This document shows positions 18,674 through 28,002 of a DNA stretch of 64,000 nt, one piece after another. Every line of letters starts with the position of its first letter. Position 1 is the first letter of the stretch. The stretch lies in assembly GCA_041662665.1 (NCBI GenBank), contig JBAZSC010000001.1, positions 449,511 to 513,510 on the forward strand. The letters are read 5' to 3'. The notes beneath the pieces are model-generated. The model saw only the letters and a program-made list of their open reading frames with translations, ran no database searches and was not told the origin of the DNA. Made by a program: the position numbers and the translations under genes. The DNA is from Patescibacteria group bacterium. GTDB taxonomy: Bacteria > Patescibacteriota > JABMPQ01 > JAQVVF01.

Positions 18674-19081
18674 ATGAAAAAAGTTTTAATCTTCGGCACA
18701 TTTGATCTTTTGCATCCAGGCCATCTCGATTTTTTCAAGCAAGCAAAAAAACTAGGGGACTATCTTGAAGTTATTGTTGCTCGTGATCAAACAGTCAGCG
18801 CAATCAAAAAACATCGGACATTATTCAATGAAAAAGACAGATTAGCCAATGTCAAAAATCAAAAGATTGTTGATGAAGCAAAATTGGGAAATTTAGATGA
18901 TCCATACAAAATAGTAAAACAAGAAAAGCCAGATATTATTGCCTTAGGCTATGATCAAAAATCATATACAGAAGAATTAGAAGACAAAATCAAGGAATTC
19001 GGTTTTAAAACAAAAATCGTCAGATTAAAATCATTTAAACCAGAAAAATATAAATCATCGAAATTAAAATTAAATTTGTAA
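18674..19081 (+). CDS. Cytidylyltransferase-family protein, FAD synthase (RibL-like)
   Basis: FGTFDLLHPGH (HxGH), VARD, KPDIIALGYDQ. Confidence 0.8.
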   Translation: MKKVLIFGTFDLLHPGHLDFFKQAKKLGDYLEVIVARDQTVSAIKKHRTLFNEKDRLANVKNQKIVDEAKLGNLDDPYKIVKQEKPDIIALGYDQKSYTEELEDKIKEFGFKTKIVRLKSFKPEKYKSSKLKLNL

Positions 19082-19084
19082 ACG

Positions 19085-19113
19085 GTAGCGACAGGGCACT
19101 GCCCTGTCGCTAC
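19085..19113. repeat. GTAG-type REP palindrome, also a possible terminator
   Basis: GTAGCGACAGGGCA-C-TGCCCTGTCGCTAC, perfect 14-bp stem. Confidence 0.7.
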
Positions 19114-19123
19114 GCCATACAAT

Positions 19124-19441
19124 ATGAACATATTCTATGACATCCACACAACCTGTAAAAATCTAGAAGAAGCCAGAAAAATTGGCCATGCTTTAGTTTT
19201 ACAAAAATTAGCAATTTGTGTTAATATAATAGAAAAGGTCAATTCAATCTATTGGTGGGAAGGAAAAATAGTTGATGAGAGTGAATCCTTGTTATTATTA
19301 AAAACAAAAAAAGAAAAAGTCGATCAAGTAATCAAGTTGATAACTAAAATGCACAGCTATAAATTGCCAGGCATTTCAGTTTACAAAATCGACAAAGTCA
19401 CAAAAGAAATAGAAAAATGGATTAATGAGTCGTTGAAGTAG
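19124..19441 (+). CDS. cutA: Divalent-cation tolerance protein CutA
   Basis: LA.CVN, SIYWWEGKI...E..LLLKT, HSY.LP. Confidence 0.9.
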   Translation: MNIFYDIHTTCKNLEEARKIGHALVLQKLAICVNIIEKVNSIYWWEGKIVDESESLLLLKTKKEKVDQVIKLITKMHSYKLPGISVYKIDKVTKEIEKWINESLK

Positions 19442-19544
19442 TATTCGTAATTCGCAACATTTGCATTATTTGTACTTTGTCCGCCGAAGTCCCGCAGGAC
19501 GAAGGCGGAGATTTGTATTATATTTATTTAATAAAACCAAACAA

Positions 19545-20786
19545 ATGAAAACAAAAATCCTCGTTTTTGCTTTCGCATTGTTGCTCTTGCTACCGATCGG
19601 CTTTGTTTCAGCTTATGACATCAGGAGTACAGAAGGAACAGCAACAATCTCAAGCACAGAAACAATTCAAGACGATCTCATGATCGCCGGACAATCAGTC
19701 CAAATTGATGGCGTTGTCTCTGGCGATGTTTATGCAGTTGGACAAACAGTCACAATAAGTTCAGACGCAAAAGTTTTAGGAAATTTATTTACTGCTGCTC
19801 AAATAGTAAATATTGATGGAACTGTTGAAGGCGATGTTTTTGCTGCTGGCGCAAATGTAAATATTACTGGCTCAGTAAAAAATGGCATTATGGCTTTTGC
19901 TGGAATGATTTCTGTTGCTCCAAAAGCAACTCTAGATAGCAATAATGCAACATTTTTCGGTGGCACAATTGATATTAGTAAAAATGCCAATTTCTCAAAA
20001 GATTTAATTGTTAATGGCGGTGTAACTAATTTCAAAGGTACAGTTGATAATAATTTAACAATTAATGCTGGTACAGTTGATGTTTCAGGACAAGTCAAAA
20101 AAGATGCAACAATTACTGCTTCGGACAAATTAGTTTTTAATTCCGGTGCTAAAGTTGATGGCAATTTAAATTATACAGCTCCAGAAAAAGCAGAATTTAA
20201 GAGCGGATCAAGTGTCTCTGGTGAAACAAAATTTACTCAATTTACAAAAGAACAACAAAAAAATGTTGGCAAGAAAAATCATTCAAACTGGTTTGCAATG
20301 TCAGCATTCAAAATCGCTTCAGGTTTTGTCAGCATGATTTGTTTAATTGTTGTTTCAATTATTACGGCTGCAGTTGCAAAAAAATACAGCTTAAATTTTG
20401 TTGAACAATTAAAAACAAAGACTTGGGCATCATTAGGTTGGGGCCTATTAGTTGTTTTTGTTGCACCGATTGCTATGCTAATCTTGTTTGTAACAATTAT
20501 TGGAATTCCATTGGCTTTGCTAGTTTTACCAATTTACATTGTCTTAATGTATTTTGCAAAAGTATTTGCTTCAATCTGTACAGGCTACTTCATTATCAAA
20601 TCAATCAACAAAAAAGAACCAAATTTGATCTTATCAGCAGTTTTAGGTGTTATTGTTTTGAGCATAATAATGATGATTCCATTTATAGGATTTTTAGCAA
20701 AATTAGCTGTAATTTCTCTAGGTATTGGTGGTATTATTCTAGCTTGCAAAGCATATCATAAGAATTCTTCAGCAAAAAAAGCCTAA
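19545..20786 (+). CDS. Membrane protein with a bactofilin-like/polymer-forming beta-helix and C-terminal TM bundle
   Basis: Signal peptide from MKTKIL, repeated I.G.V.GDV.A.G units, about 5 TM helices. Confidence 0.75.
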   Translation: MKTKILVFAFALLLLLPIGFVSAYDIRSTEGTATISSTETIQDDLMIAGQSVQIDGVVSGDVYAVGQTVTISSDAKVLGNLFTAAQIVNIDGTVEGDVFAAGANVNITGSVKNGIMAFAGMISVAPKATLDSNNATFFGGTIDISKNANFSKDLIVNGGVTNFKGTVDNNLTINAGTVDVSGQVKKDATITASDKLVFNSGAKVDGNLNYTAPEKAEFKSGSSVSGETKFTQFTKEQQKNVGKKNHSNWFAMSAFKIASGFVSMICLIVVSIITAAVAKKYSLNFVEQLKTKTWASLGWGLLVVFVAPIAMLILFVTIIGIPLALLVLPIYIVLMYFAKVFASICTGYFIIKSINKKEPNLILSAVLGVIVLSIIMMIPFIGFLAKLAVISLGIGGIILACKAYHKNSSAKKA

Positions 20787-20895
20787 CTTAGTTACAGATT
20801 GACAATTTCGTGATTTTCTTATAACTTATAAGCAAACAGTTAACAGTTAACATTTTACAGTTAACAGTTAATTGTTAATAGTTAAGTGTTATTTT

Positions 20896-22164
20896 ATGCT
20901 TGATATTAATCTTATCAGAAAAGACAAAAAATTAGTCATGAAAGCTCTTCATGACCGCAATATGAAGTTTGATATTGATCATCTTTTAGATTTAGATTTG
21001 GAAAAAAGAAGATTGCAAATGAAAGTTGACGAACTTCATGCCAAACAAAATAAAGCATCTGATGAGATTGCAAAGCTTGAAGGCTCAAAAAAACAACAAG
21101 CCATTCTTGATATTAAAGGTACTTCTGAGAGATTAAAAGACCTAGAATCAAAATGCAACAAATTAGATGAAGAGCTTGAAAAATTAATGTATGAACTTCC
21201 AAACATACCAAGACCAGATGTTAAAGTTGGCAAGAATGAATCTGAAAATGAAGTTATTAAAAAAGTAGGCGAGCCAACTAAATTTGATTTTGATCCAAAA
21301 GATCATTTAGCCTTAGGCGAAAAATTAGATTTAATTGACACAAAGAGAGCTGGAAAAGTTTCTGGTTCTCGTTTTAATTATTTAAAAAGAGAATTAGTTT
21401 TGTTAGAATTTGCTTTAGCCAGATTTGTCATTGATGAATTAACTAAAGACGGATTTATTCCAGTTATTCCTCCTCAAATCGTTTCTGAAAAATCAATGCA
21501 AGCAATGGGTTATCTTGCTCATGGCGGAGAAGAGGAGACTTATCATTTTGCAAAAGACAAACAATATTTTATCGGTACTTCAGAACAATCGGTTGGTCCA
21601 ATGCACATGGATGAAATTTTTAAAGAATCAGATTTACCAAAACGTTACATTGCATTCTCAACTTGCTTTAGACGAGAAGCAGGATCCTATGGCAAAGATA
21701 CTTATGGAATTTTACGCCAGCATCAATTTGATAAATTAGAAATGTTTGTTCTTGCCAAGCCAGAAGAATCAGACAAAGAGCATGAATTTTTATTAGGTCT
21801 TGAAGAAAGATTAGTCAAAGCTCTAAATTTGCCTTATCAAGTTGTCAAAATGTGTACAGGCGATTTAGGTGATCCAGCAGCTCGAAAATATGACATTGAA
21901 ACTTGGCTTCCATCACAGAAAAAATATCGTGAAACTCATTCTGCATCAACTTGCACAGATTTTCAAGCTCGCAGATTAAACATCAAATATCGCGATACAG
22001 AAAAAAATAAAAATGAATTTGTTCATACTTTGAATGGCACAGGTTTTGCCATCGGCAGAATCTTAATTGCTATCATGGAAAATAATCAACAAAAAGACGG
22101 CTCAATAAAAATTCCAGAAGTTCTATGGGGATATTGTAATATCAAAGAGATCAAGCGTTCATAA
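20896..22164 (+). CDS. serS: Serine--tRNA ligase
   Basis: MLDI start, GTSEQ, FRREAGS.G, RQHQFDKLE, TLNGT. Confidence 0.96.
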   Translation: MLDINLIRKDKKLVMKALHDRNMKFDIDHLLDLDLEKRRLQMKVDELHAKQNKASDEIAKLEGSKKQQAILDIKGTSERLKDLESKCNKLDEELEKLMYELPNIPRPDVKVGKNESENEVIKKVGEPTKFDFDPKDHLALGEKLDLIDTKRAGKVSGSRFNYLKRELVLLEFALARFVIDELTKDGFIPVIPPQIVSEKSMQAMGYLAHGGEEETYHFAKDKQYFIGTSEQSVGPMHMDEIFKESDLPKRYIAFSTCFRREAGSYGKDTYGILRQHQFDKLEMFVLAKPEESDKEHEFLLGLEERLVKALNLPYQVVKMCTGDLGDPAARKYDIETWLPSQKKYRETHSASTCTDFQARRLNIKYRDTEKNKNEFVHTLNGTGFAIGRILIAIMENNQQKDGSIKIPEVLWGYCNIKEIKRS

Positions 22165-22271
22165 TTTTTGTCCATTTGTTTCATCCGCGTGAAATCAGTT
22201 GAATCAGTTTCGGCGGATTTAACGGATTGCAAGCGGATATGTATCGATTTAAATAATGTAATTCAGCAAAA

Positions 22272-23420
22272 ATGATTAATTACAGAACATGGCTTGAGAT
22301 AAATGAGCAAGCCCTAATTTATAATTTACAGCAATTCAGAAAAATTATCGGCTCTCAAAAAATTTTAGCAGCAGTAATAAAATCAAATGCTTATGGGCAT
22401 GGACTTTTAGAAGTTGCTAAAATTTTAGAAAAATCAGAAGCTGATTGGTTTATTGTTGACTCAATTGATGAAGCACTCACACTAAAACAAAAAAACACTA
22501 AAACAAAAAAACAAATAATTATTTTAGATTATACAATTTTAAATAGATTAGAAGATGTTGTTAAAAATGGTTTTCGTCAAGTAGTTTATAATAAAGAAAC
22601 AATACAAAAGCTTGGTGAAATTTCAAAAAAATTAAACAAAAAAGTTTATATTCATTTGAAATTAGAAACTGGTATTTCTCGCCAAGGAGTTTTAGAAGAA
22701 GAGATCAAGGATATAATTAAATTAATTAAGAAATTTCCAAATTTAATTTTGGAAGGTATCTTAGCTCATTTTGCAAATATAGAAGATACAACTGACCATT
22801 CTTATGCGCAAATGCAATTAGAGAGATTCAAGAAAATGATTGCTATTGCTGAAAAAGAATATGGCCAAAAAATTAAAATCAAACATACTGCAAGTTCTGC
22901 AGCAACAATATTATTTCCAGAAACTCATTTTGATCTAGTTAGAACTGGCATTAGCATTTATGGCTTTTGGTCATCAAATGAAACAAAATTATCAGCTACT
23001 CACAAAAAAATTAATTTTAATTTAAAGCCAGTTCTAGAATGGAAGACAATAATTGTAAAAATTAAAAATCTAAAAGCTGAAACTCCTGTTAGCTATGGAC
23101 TAACAGAAATTTTGCATCAAGATTCAAAAATCGCTGTTGTGCCAATTGGATATTATGATGGTTTTGATCGCAAATTATCTAGCATTGGAAATGTTTTGAT
23201 TAAAGGCAAGCGCTGCAAAATTTTAGGTCGTATCTGCATGAATATGTTTATGGTTGATGTCTCGCATATTGAAAATTTGAAGCTTGAAGATGAAGTTATT
23301 TTGATAGGCAAGCAAGGCAATGAACAAATTACAGCTGATGAAATTGCCAAAAAGATTAATACAATAAATTATGAAATTGTGACACGTATTAATCCGCTGA
23401 TTAAAAGAATTATTGTATAA
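22272..23420 (+). CDS. alr: Alanine racemase
   Basis: AVIKSNAYGHG, R.GISIYG, IGYYDG, GRICM. Confidence 0.95.
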   Translation: MINYRTWLEINEQALIYNLQQFRKIIGSQKILAAVIKSNAYGHGLLEVAKILEKSEADWFIVDSIDEALTLKQKNTKTKKQIIILDYTILNRLEDVVKNGFRQVVYNKETIQKLGEISKKLNKKVYIHLKLETGISRQGVLEEEIKDIIKLIKKFPNLILEGILAHFANIEDTTDHSYAQMQLERFKKMIAIAEKEYGQKIKIKHTASSAATILFPETHFDLVRTGISIYGFWSSNETKLSATHKKINFNLKPVLEWKTIIVKIKNLKAETPVSYGLTEILHQDSKIAVVPIGYYDGFDRKLSSIGNVLIKGKRCKILGRICMNMFMVDVSHIENLKLEDEVILIGKQGNEQITADEIAKKINTINYEIVTRINPLIKRIIV

Positions 23421-23579
23421 ATTACAAATCCCAAATCCCAAATCCCAAACAAATTACAAATAACAAATTACAAAGATTTTTGTTTGTGATTTGGAGCTTG
23501 TGATTTGTTTGGAATTTGTCACCCTTCGGGTGATCTCCCGTAGGGAGAGAATTTGGAATTTGTTTTTTAAGTTAATATT

Positions 23580-24371
23580 ATGATAGGAATTTTCGATTCC
23601 GGCGTCGGCGGTCTGACCGTTGCTCGCCAAATTATAAAAAAATTACCAGAATATCAGATTATTTATTTTGGTGATACAGCTAGGACTCCTTACGGAAATA
23701 AAAGCAAAGAAACAATTATTAAGTATGCAATTCAGGATACTAAATTTTTATTGAAAAATGGTGCGAAAATAATTGTTATTGCTTGCCATACAGCCTCAGC
23801 AGTCGCTGCAACAGAACTTCGAAAAAAGTTTCCAGATGTCCCAATTTTTGATGTTGTAAAAGCTGGATTGATTAAAGCTGAAAGAGTCACAAAAAATAAT
23901 AAAGTTGGAATTATCGGAACAAGAGCAACAATTTTTAGCCAAGTCCATGAAAATTATTTAAAAAAACTTAATAAAGACATCAAAGTTTATACTGAAGCTT
24001 GTCCATTGATTGTTCCACTAGTTGAAGAAGACTGGATCAATCGTCCTGAAACAAAAAAAATTGTAAAATATTATCTAAAGCCTTTTCGAAAACAAAAAAT
24101 AGACACTTTAGTTTTAGCTTGCACTCATTATCCTTTAGCAAAAGAAGCAATCAAAAAAGCAATCAAAAGAAAAATTAACATTATCGATCCAGGAGAAGAA
24201 GTAGCAAAAGAATTAGAGCTATTTTTGAAAAATCATCCAGTAATTGAAAAAAGATTATTAAAAAGCAAGAAACACAAATTCTTTGTCAGCGATATTCCAT
24301 TCAAATTTCAAGAATTTTCCGAAAAAATATTAGATCAAAAAATAAAAGTCAAACAAATAAGTCTTGATTAA
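23580..24371 (+). CDS. murI: Glutamate racemase
   Basis: DSGVGGLTV, IACHTA, LACTHYP. Confidence 0.96.
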   Translation: MIGIFDSGVGGLTVARQIIKKLPEYQIIYFGDTARTPYGNKSKETIIKYAIQDTKFLLKNGAKIIVIACHTASAVAATELRKKFPDVPIFDVVKAGLIKAERVTKNNKVGIIGTRATIFSQVHENYLKKLNKDIKVYTEACPLIVPLVEEDWINRPETKKIVKYYLKPFRKQKIDTLVLACTHYPLAKEAIKKAIKRKINIIDPGEEVAKELELFLKNHPVIEKRLLKSKKHKFFVSDIPFKFQEFSEKILDQKIKVKQISLD

Positions 24372-25495
24372 TGGAAATATTATTTACCAAATTTAATTTC
24401 GTACTAGCATTTGCTTTGGCTTTTTTGGTTACTTTATTATTCACTTATCTAATTAGAAAAGTAGCTTTACAGTATCAGATTGTTGATCGTCCCAACAAAA
24501 AAAGAAAAATTCACCGAAATAATATGCCACTCATGGGAGGACTGGCAATTTATCTCGGTTTTTTTATTTCGCTTAGCTATTTCATTTTAATCGACAGAGA
24601 TTTTTTTAGTGGTTACATGTTGCCAAAATATATTTTAGGATTAGCACTGGGAGGATTAATCCTAATTATTGGTGGAATTATTGATGACAAATATAATCTA
24701 AGTCCAAAAAAACAATTTATTTTTCCTATTATTTCTTGTTTAATTGTTATAGTTTCTGGAATCGGAATTACATTTATCAGTAATCCATTCGGCAACACAA
24801 TCAATTTAGATGAAATAAAAATACAGCTTTTTACGATTAATAATATTCCATATTTTTTCACAGTTTTTGCTGATATTTTTACATTGATTTGGTTGCTTGG
24901 CATGATTTACACTACAAAATTCTTAGATGGTATGGATGGATTAGTTTCTGGAATTTCTGTAATTGCATCAGTCATATTATTTTTCTTAAGCTTGAGTACA
25001 AAAGTCATGCAACCAGAAACAGCTTTGCTCTGCATTATTTTAGCTGGTGCATCATTAGGATTTTTAATTTTTAATTTTCATCCAGCCAAGATATTTTTAG
25101 GCGAAGGCGGAAGCACACTCATCGGATTTATGTTAGGCGCACTAGCTATAATATCTGGTGGCAAAATCGCAACAGCATTATTAATAATGGGCATACCAAT
25201 TCTTGATGTTATTTGGGTAATTTTAAGACGTATCTTTAAACACAAATCTCCATTCGAAGCAGACAGGCAACATCTTCATTTTCGCCTTTATGATTTAGGC
25301 TTCTCACAAAGAACAGCTGTCATTTTTCTCTGGTCAATTTCAGCATTATTTGGCCTTTTTGCACTCTTTATTCAAGGCAAGGATAAAATATTAGCCTTTG
25401 CTATATTACTTGGCTTAATGGTCATTTTAGCGATTTTACTTGTAATTTTTTTCAAGAAAAAACAGACTAGAAAGTCTGTAAAAGGTTCAAGGTAA
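24371..25495 (+). CDS. Undecaprenyl-phosphate GlcNAc-1-phosphate transferase (WecA/TagO, MraY family)
   Basis: MP.MGG, DD, DGMDGL, NFHPAKIFLGEGG, HLH. Confidence 0.88.
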   Translation: MEILFTKFNFVLAFALAFLVTLLFTYLIRKVALQYQIVDRPNKKRKIHRNNMPLMGGLAIYLGFFISLSYFILIDRDFFSGYMLPKYILGLALGGLILIIGGIIDDKYNLSPKKQFIFPIISCLIVIVSGIGITFISNPFGNTINLDEIKIQLFTINNIPYFFTVFADIFTLIWLLGMIYTTKFLDGMDGLVSGISVIASVILFFLSLSTKVMQPETALLCIILAGASLGFLIFNFHPAKIFLGEGGSTLIGFMLGALAIISGGKIATALLIMGIPILDVIWVILRRIFKHKSPFEADRQHLHFRLYDLGFSQRTAVIFLWSISALFGLFALFIQGKDKILAFAILLGLMVILAILLVIFFKKKQTRKSVKGSR

Positions 25496-25873
25496 AATGC
25501 AACAAGGATCAGCAATGATTTGATCACAAAGATCTTTACAAAGTGGCAAATGAGGGATGCCTTTCATTTGGCAAAGTTCAACAACCTGAGGCCCAATAAT
25601 TTGTCCGCCAACTTCTTCTGCATAAAGTACGATTTTGATTTTGCTAGCAACACCATCCATTAAATCATTGTTAGCAGCATGAATGTCAGTTACTTGAATA
25701 ACAGTATAGGTTTGCATCAACTGTCTGTTCATTCTAACTCGAAATTCATTTCTTAAATCACTGACAATATAAATAACGAAATTCTTATACTTATCGCTTT
25801 CTTCATCAACACTTGGTTTTCCTTCAGTTTCGCTATCTACAGCAGGATCCTTAGCAAGCTTTTTTCGGCCCAT
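25487..25873 (-). CDS. Orphan protein, probable degenerate receiver-like domain
   Basis: Start MGRKK after a GGAGG SD; beta/alpha pattern IYIVSD...YTVIQVTD...IKIVLY...KGIP; no phospho-Asp. Confidence 0.5.
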   Translation of the reverse strand: MGRKKLAKDPAVDSETEGKPSVDEESDKYKNFVIYIVSDLRNEFRVRMNRQLMQTYTVIQVTDIHAANNDLMDGVASKIKIVLYAEEVGGQIIGPQVVELCQMKGIPHLPLCKDLCDQIIADPCCILP

Positions 25874-25977
25874 CTCTTTTTTCCCTCCGCGCCTCCGATC
25901 CAAATATAGAATAGCAGATTATTTGCATCTGCACAAATTTAAATAAAAAAAAGACAGGTTTACTGTCAAAAAAAGAG

Positions 25978-26325
25978 CTACAGCTTTGAAAAAATTGAAT
26001 GAACGAGGTCGACCAAGATCGGAATCTCAGTCTTCCCCCAGAAATACTCATAGTTTTCCGCCAGCTCTTCTCTCGCACTGCTCATCACAATGCAAGGAAT
26101 ATTGGCAGAATCACAGTATCTCTTCACCACATCGCCACAGGCAATAGGCATGTGGTAATCAGTGATCACGAGGTCGAAATGCCCCTGATTATTGAGAACA
26201 TCCAGGGCGTTTCGTCCATCGCGAGCACATGAAATTTCATAATCTTCCATCTCCAGAAACATCATGATCGTTTCCCTGTTATCAGCATTGTCATCGACCA
26301 CCAGGATCCTCTTGCTCCCCCCCAT
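25978..26325 (-). CDS. Stand-alone response-regulator receiver domain
   Basis: RILVVDD, DLVITDYHMP, IVMSS, K; G-rich SD; own TTGACT-N17-TATCAT promoter. Confidence 0.8.
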   Translation of the reverse strand: MGGSKRILVVDDNADNRETIMMFLEMEDYEISCARDGRNALDVLNNQGHFDLVITDYHMPIACGDVVKRYCDSANIPCIVMSSAREELAENYEYFWGKTEIPILVDLVHSIFSKL

Positions 26326-26401
26326 TTCACCCCCCCTTTGCCACCCCCCAGGTGACAAATAATGATATCATAGAACATCAAAAAAGTCAAGAGAAAAAGA
26401 C

Positions 26402-26430
26402 TTGACCAATCTAAAAAATAGGCATATACT
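26402..26430 (+). promoter_or_regulatory. Promoter of rplU, probably giving a leaderless mRNA
   Basis: TTGACC-N17-TATACT ending 6 nt before the ATG. Confidence 0.65.
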
Positions 26431-26436
26431 GAATCT

Positions 26437-26751
26437 ATGACAAAATTTGCAATTATAAAAACAGGCGGAAAACAATACAAAGTCTCTGAAGGAGACATTA
26501 TTTTAATTGACAAAATTCTAGAGCCAAAGAAGACTTTAGAATTTAAAGAAGTGCTTTTATTCGTTAATGAAAAAGATACTAAGATTGGTGCACCAAAAAT
26601 TTCAGGAACAAAGGTAGAAGCTGATGTTTTGAGAGCAGAAGTAAAAGGCGATAAGGTTTTGACTGTTAAATACAAGTCTAAAAAAAGATTCAAAAAAACA
26701 GTTGGTTTCAGACCAAGATACACAGAAGTAAAAATTACAAAGATTTCGTAA
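26437..26751 (+). CDS. rplU: 50S ribosomal protein L21
   Basis: FAIIKTGGKQYKV, G.R..YT.VKI. Confidence 0.96.
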   Translation: MTKFAIIKTGGKQYKVSEGDIILIDKILEPKKTLEFKEVLLFVNEKDTKIGAPKISGTKVEADVLRAEVKGDKVLTVKYKSKKRFKKTVGFRPRYTEVKITKIS

Positions 26752-26909
26752 TATAATACGAATTTACGAATTTATGCAAATGTTGCAAATATGCGAATCA
26801 TACAAATACTAATATAATAATAAAAAAGACTGCTAGAAATAGCAGTTTTTTGTTATTAAAAAACCGCATATAAATTAACGGTTTTAAAATTAGAAATTAG
26901 AAATTAACG

Positions 26910-27512
26910 CTAGTATTCTTTTCTTCCTTTCATCGCATTACTTAAAGTCACTTCATCAGCATATTCCAAATCTCCGCCAGAAGGAAGACCGCGAGCAATT
27001 CTTGTCGTTTTTATACCTAATGGTTTTACTAATTTTGCAATATACATTGCTGTTGCTTCACCCTCAAGATTTGGGTTAGTTGCCAATATAATTTCTTTTG
27101 TTTCTGGATTTTGTTTTAAGCGATTCAGCAATTCATTAATTCTAAGATCTTCAGGACCGACATTATTTATCGGAGAAATTGAGCCATGCAAGACATGATA
27201 TTGACCATTGAATTCGCCAGAAGAATTAATCGCTACAATATCCATTGGTTCTTCAACAACGCAAATCAAAGATTTATCGCGTCTAAAATCAGAACAGATC
27301 GGGCAAGGATTTTTTTCAGTCAAATTAAAACAGCAAGAACAGAAAGTTACAGTCCTTTTTAATTCAGATAAGGCTTTTGCAAAAGATTCAACATCAGAAG
27401 CATTGGATTTTAATAAATAAAAAGAAAGCCTAGAAGCAGTTTTAGGACCAATGCCAGGAAGTTTGGAAAATTCAATTATTAAATTTTGTAATGGTATTGG
27501 GAGTATGTTCAT
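26910..27512 (-). CDS. recR: Recombination mediator RecR
   Basis: [11 protein letters not shown]4 zinc finger, Toprim [12 protein letters not shown]. Confidence 0.96.
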   Translation of the reverse strand: MNILPIPLQNLIIEFSKLPGIGPKTASRLSFYLLKSNASDVESFAKALSELKRTVTFCSCCFNLTEKNPCPICSDFRRDKSLICVVEEPMDIVAINSSGEFNGQYHVLHGSISPINNVGPEDLRINELLNRLKQNPETKEIILATNPNLEGEATAMYIAKLVKPLGIKTTRIARGLPSGGDLEYADEVTLSNAMKGRKEY

Positions 27513-27657
27513 AAATAAATAACAATTAAGATACAAGAAACAAGATACAAACAAATTACAAATTCAAAAAATCAATAACCAAACACTTTTAACACTAGCT
27601 AGTTTGGTTATTATAATTTGGATATTGAATATTGTTTGTTTCTTGTATCTTTTAGTT

Positions 27658-27951
27658 CTACATTTGTGGCATTTGGATTTCACCAGATTGCATTTTTCTC
27701 ATCATCATAGCTTGCAATTCTTTGTTTGCTTTTGAAAAAGCATCTTTGATTGCGTTTTGCAATTTGTCTTGATTACCAGCAACTAACAATGATTCGTCAA
27801 TAAAAACTTCTTTAATTTTCTGACTGCCATCCATTGAAATTTTTACTTGGCCATTTAATGCCTCGCCAGTTATTAATTCTGATTCTAATTGTCTTTTCAT
27901 TTCGCTAGCTTGTTTTCTTAAACTAGCTAAATTTTTTAGCTGCTCAAACAT
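27658..27951 (-). CDS. ybaB: YbaB/EbfC nucleoid-associated protein
   Basis: G.V.I.MDG...I..V.ID; adjacent to recR. Confidence 0.85.
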   Translation of the reverse strand: MFEQLKNLASLRKQASEMKRQLESELITGEALNGQVKISMDGSQKIKEVFIDESLLVAGNQDKLQNAIKDAFSKANKELQAMMMRKMQSGEIQMPQM

Positions 27952-28002
27952 TATTTTAAAAATTACTTTATAAACTTTATAACTTTAAGAACTTTATAAC
28001 TT

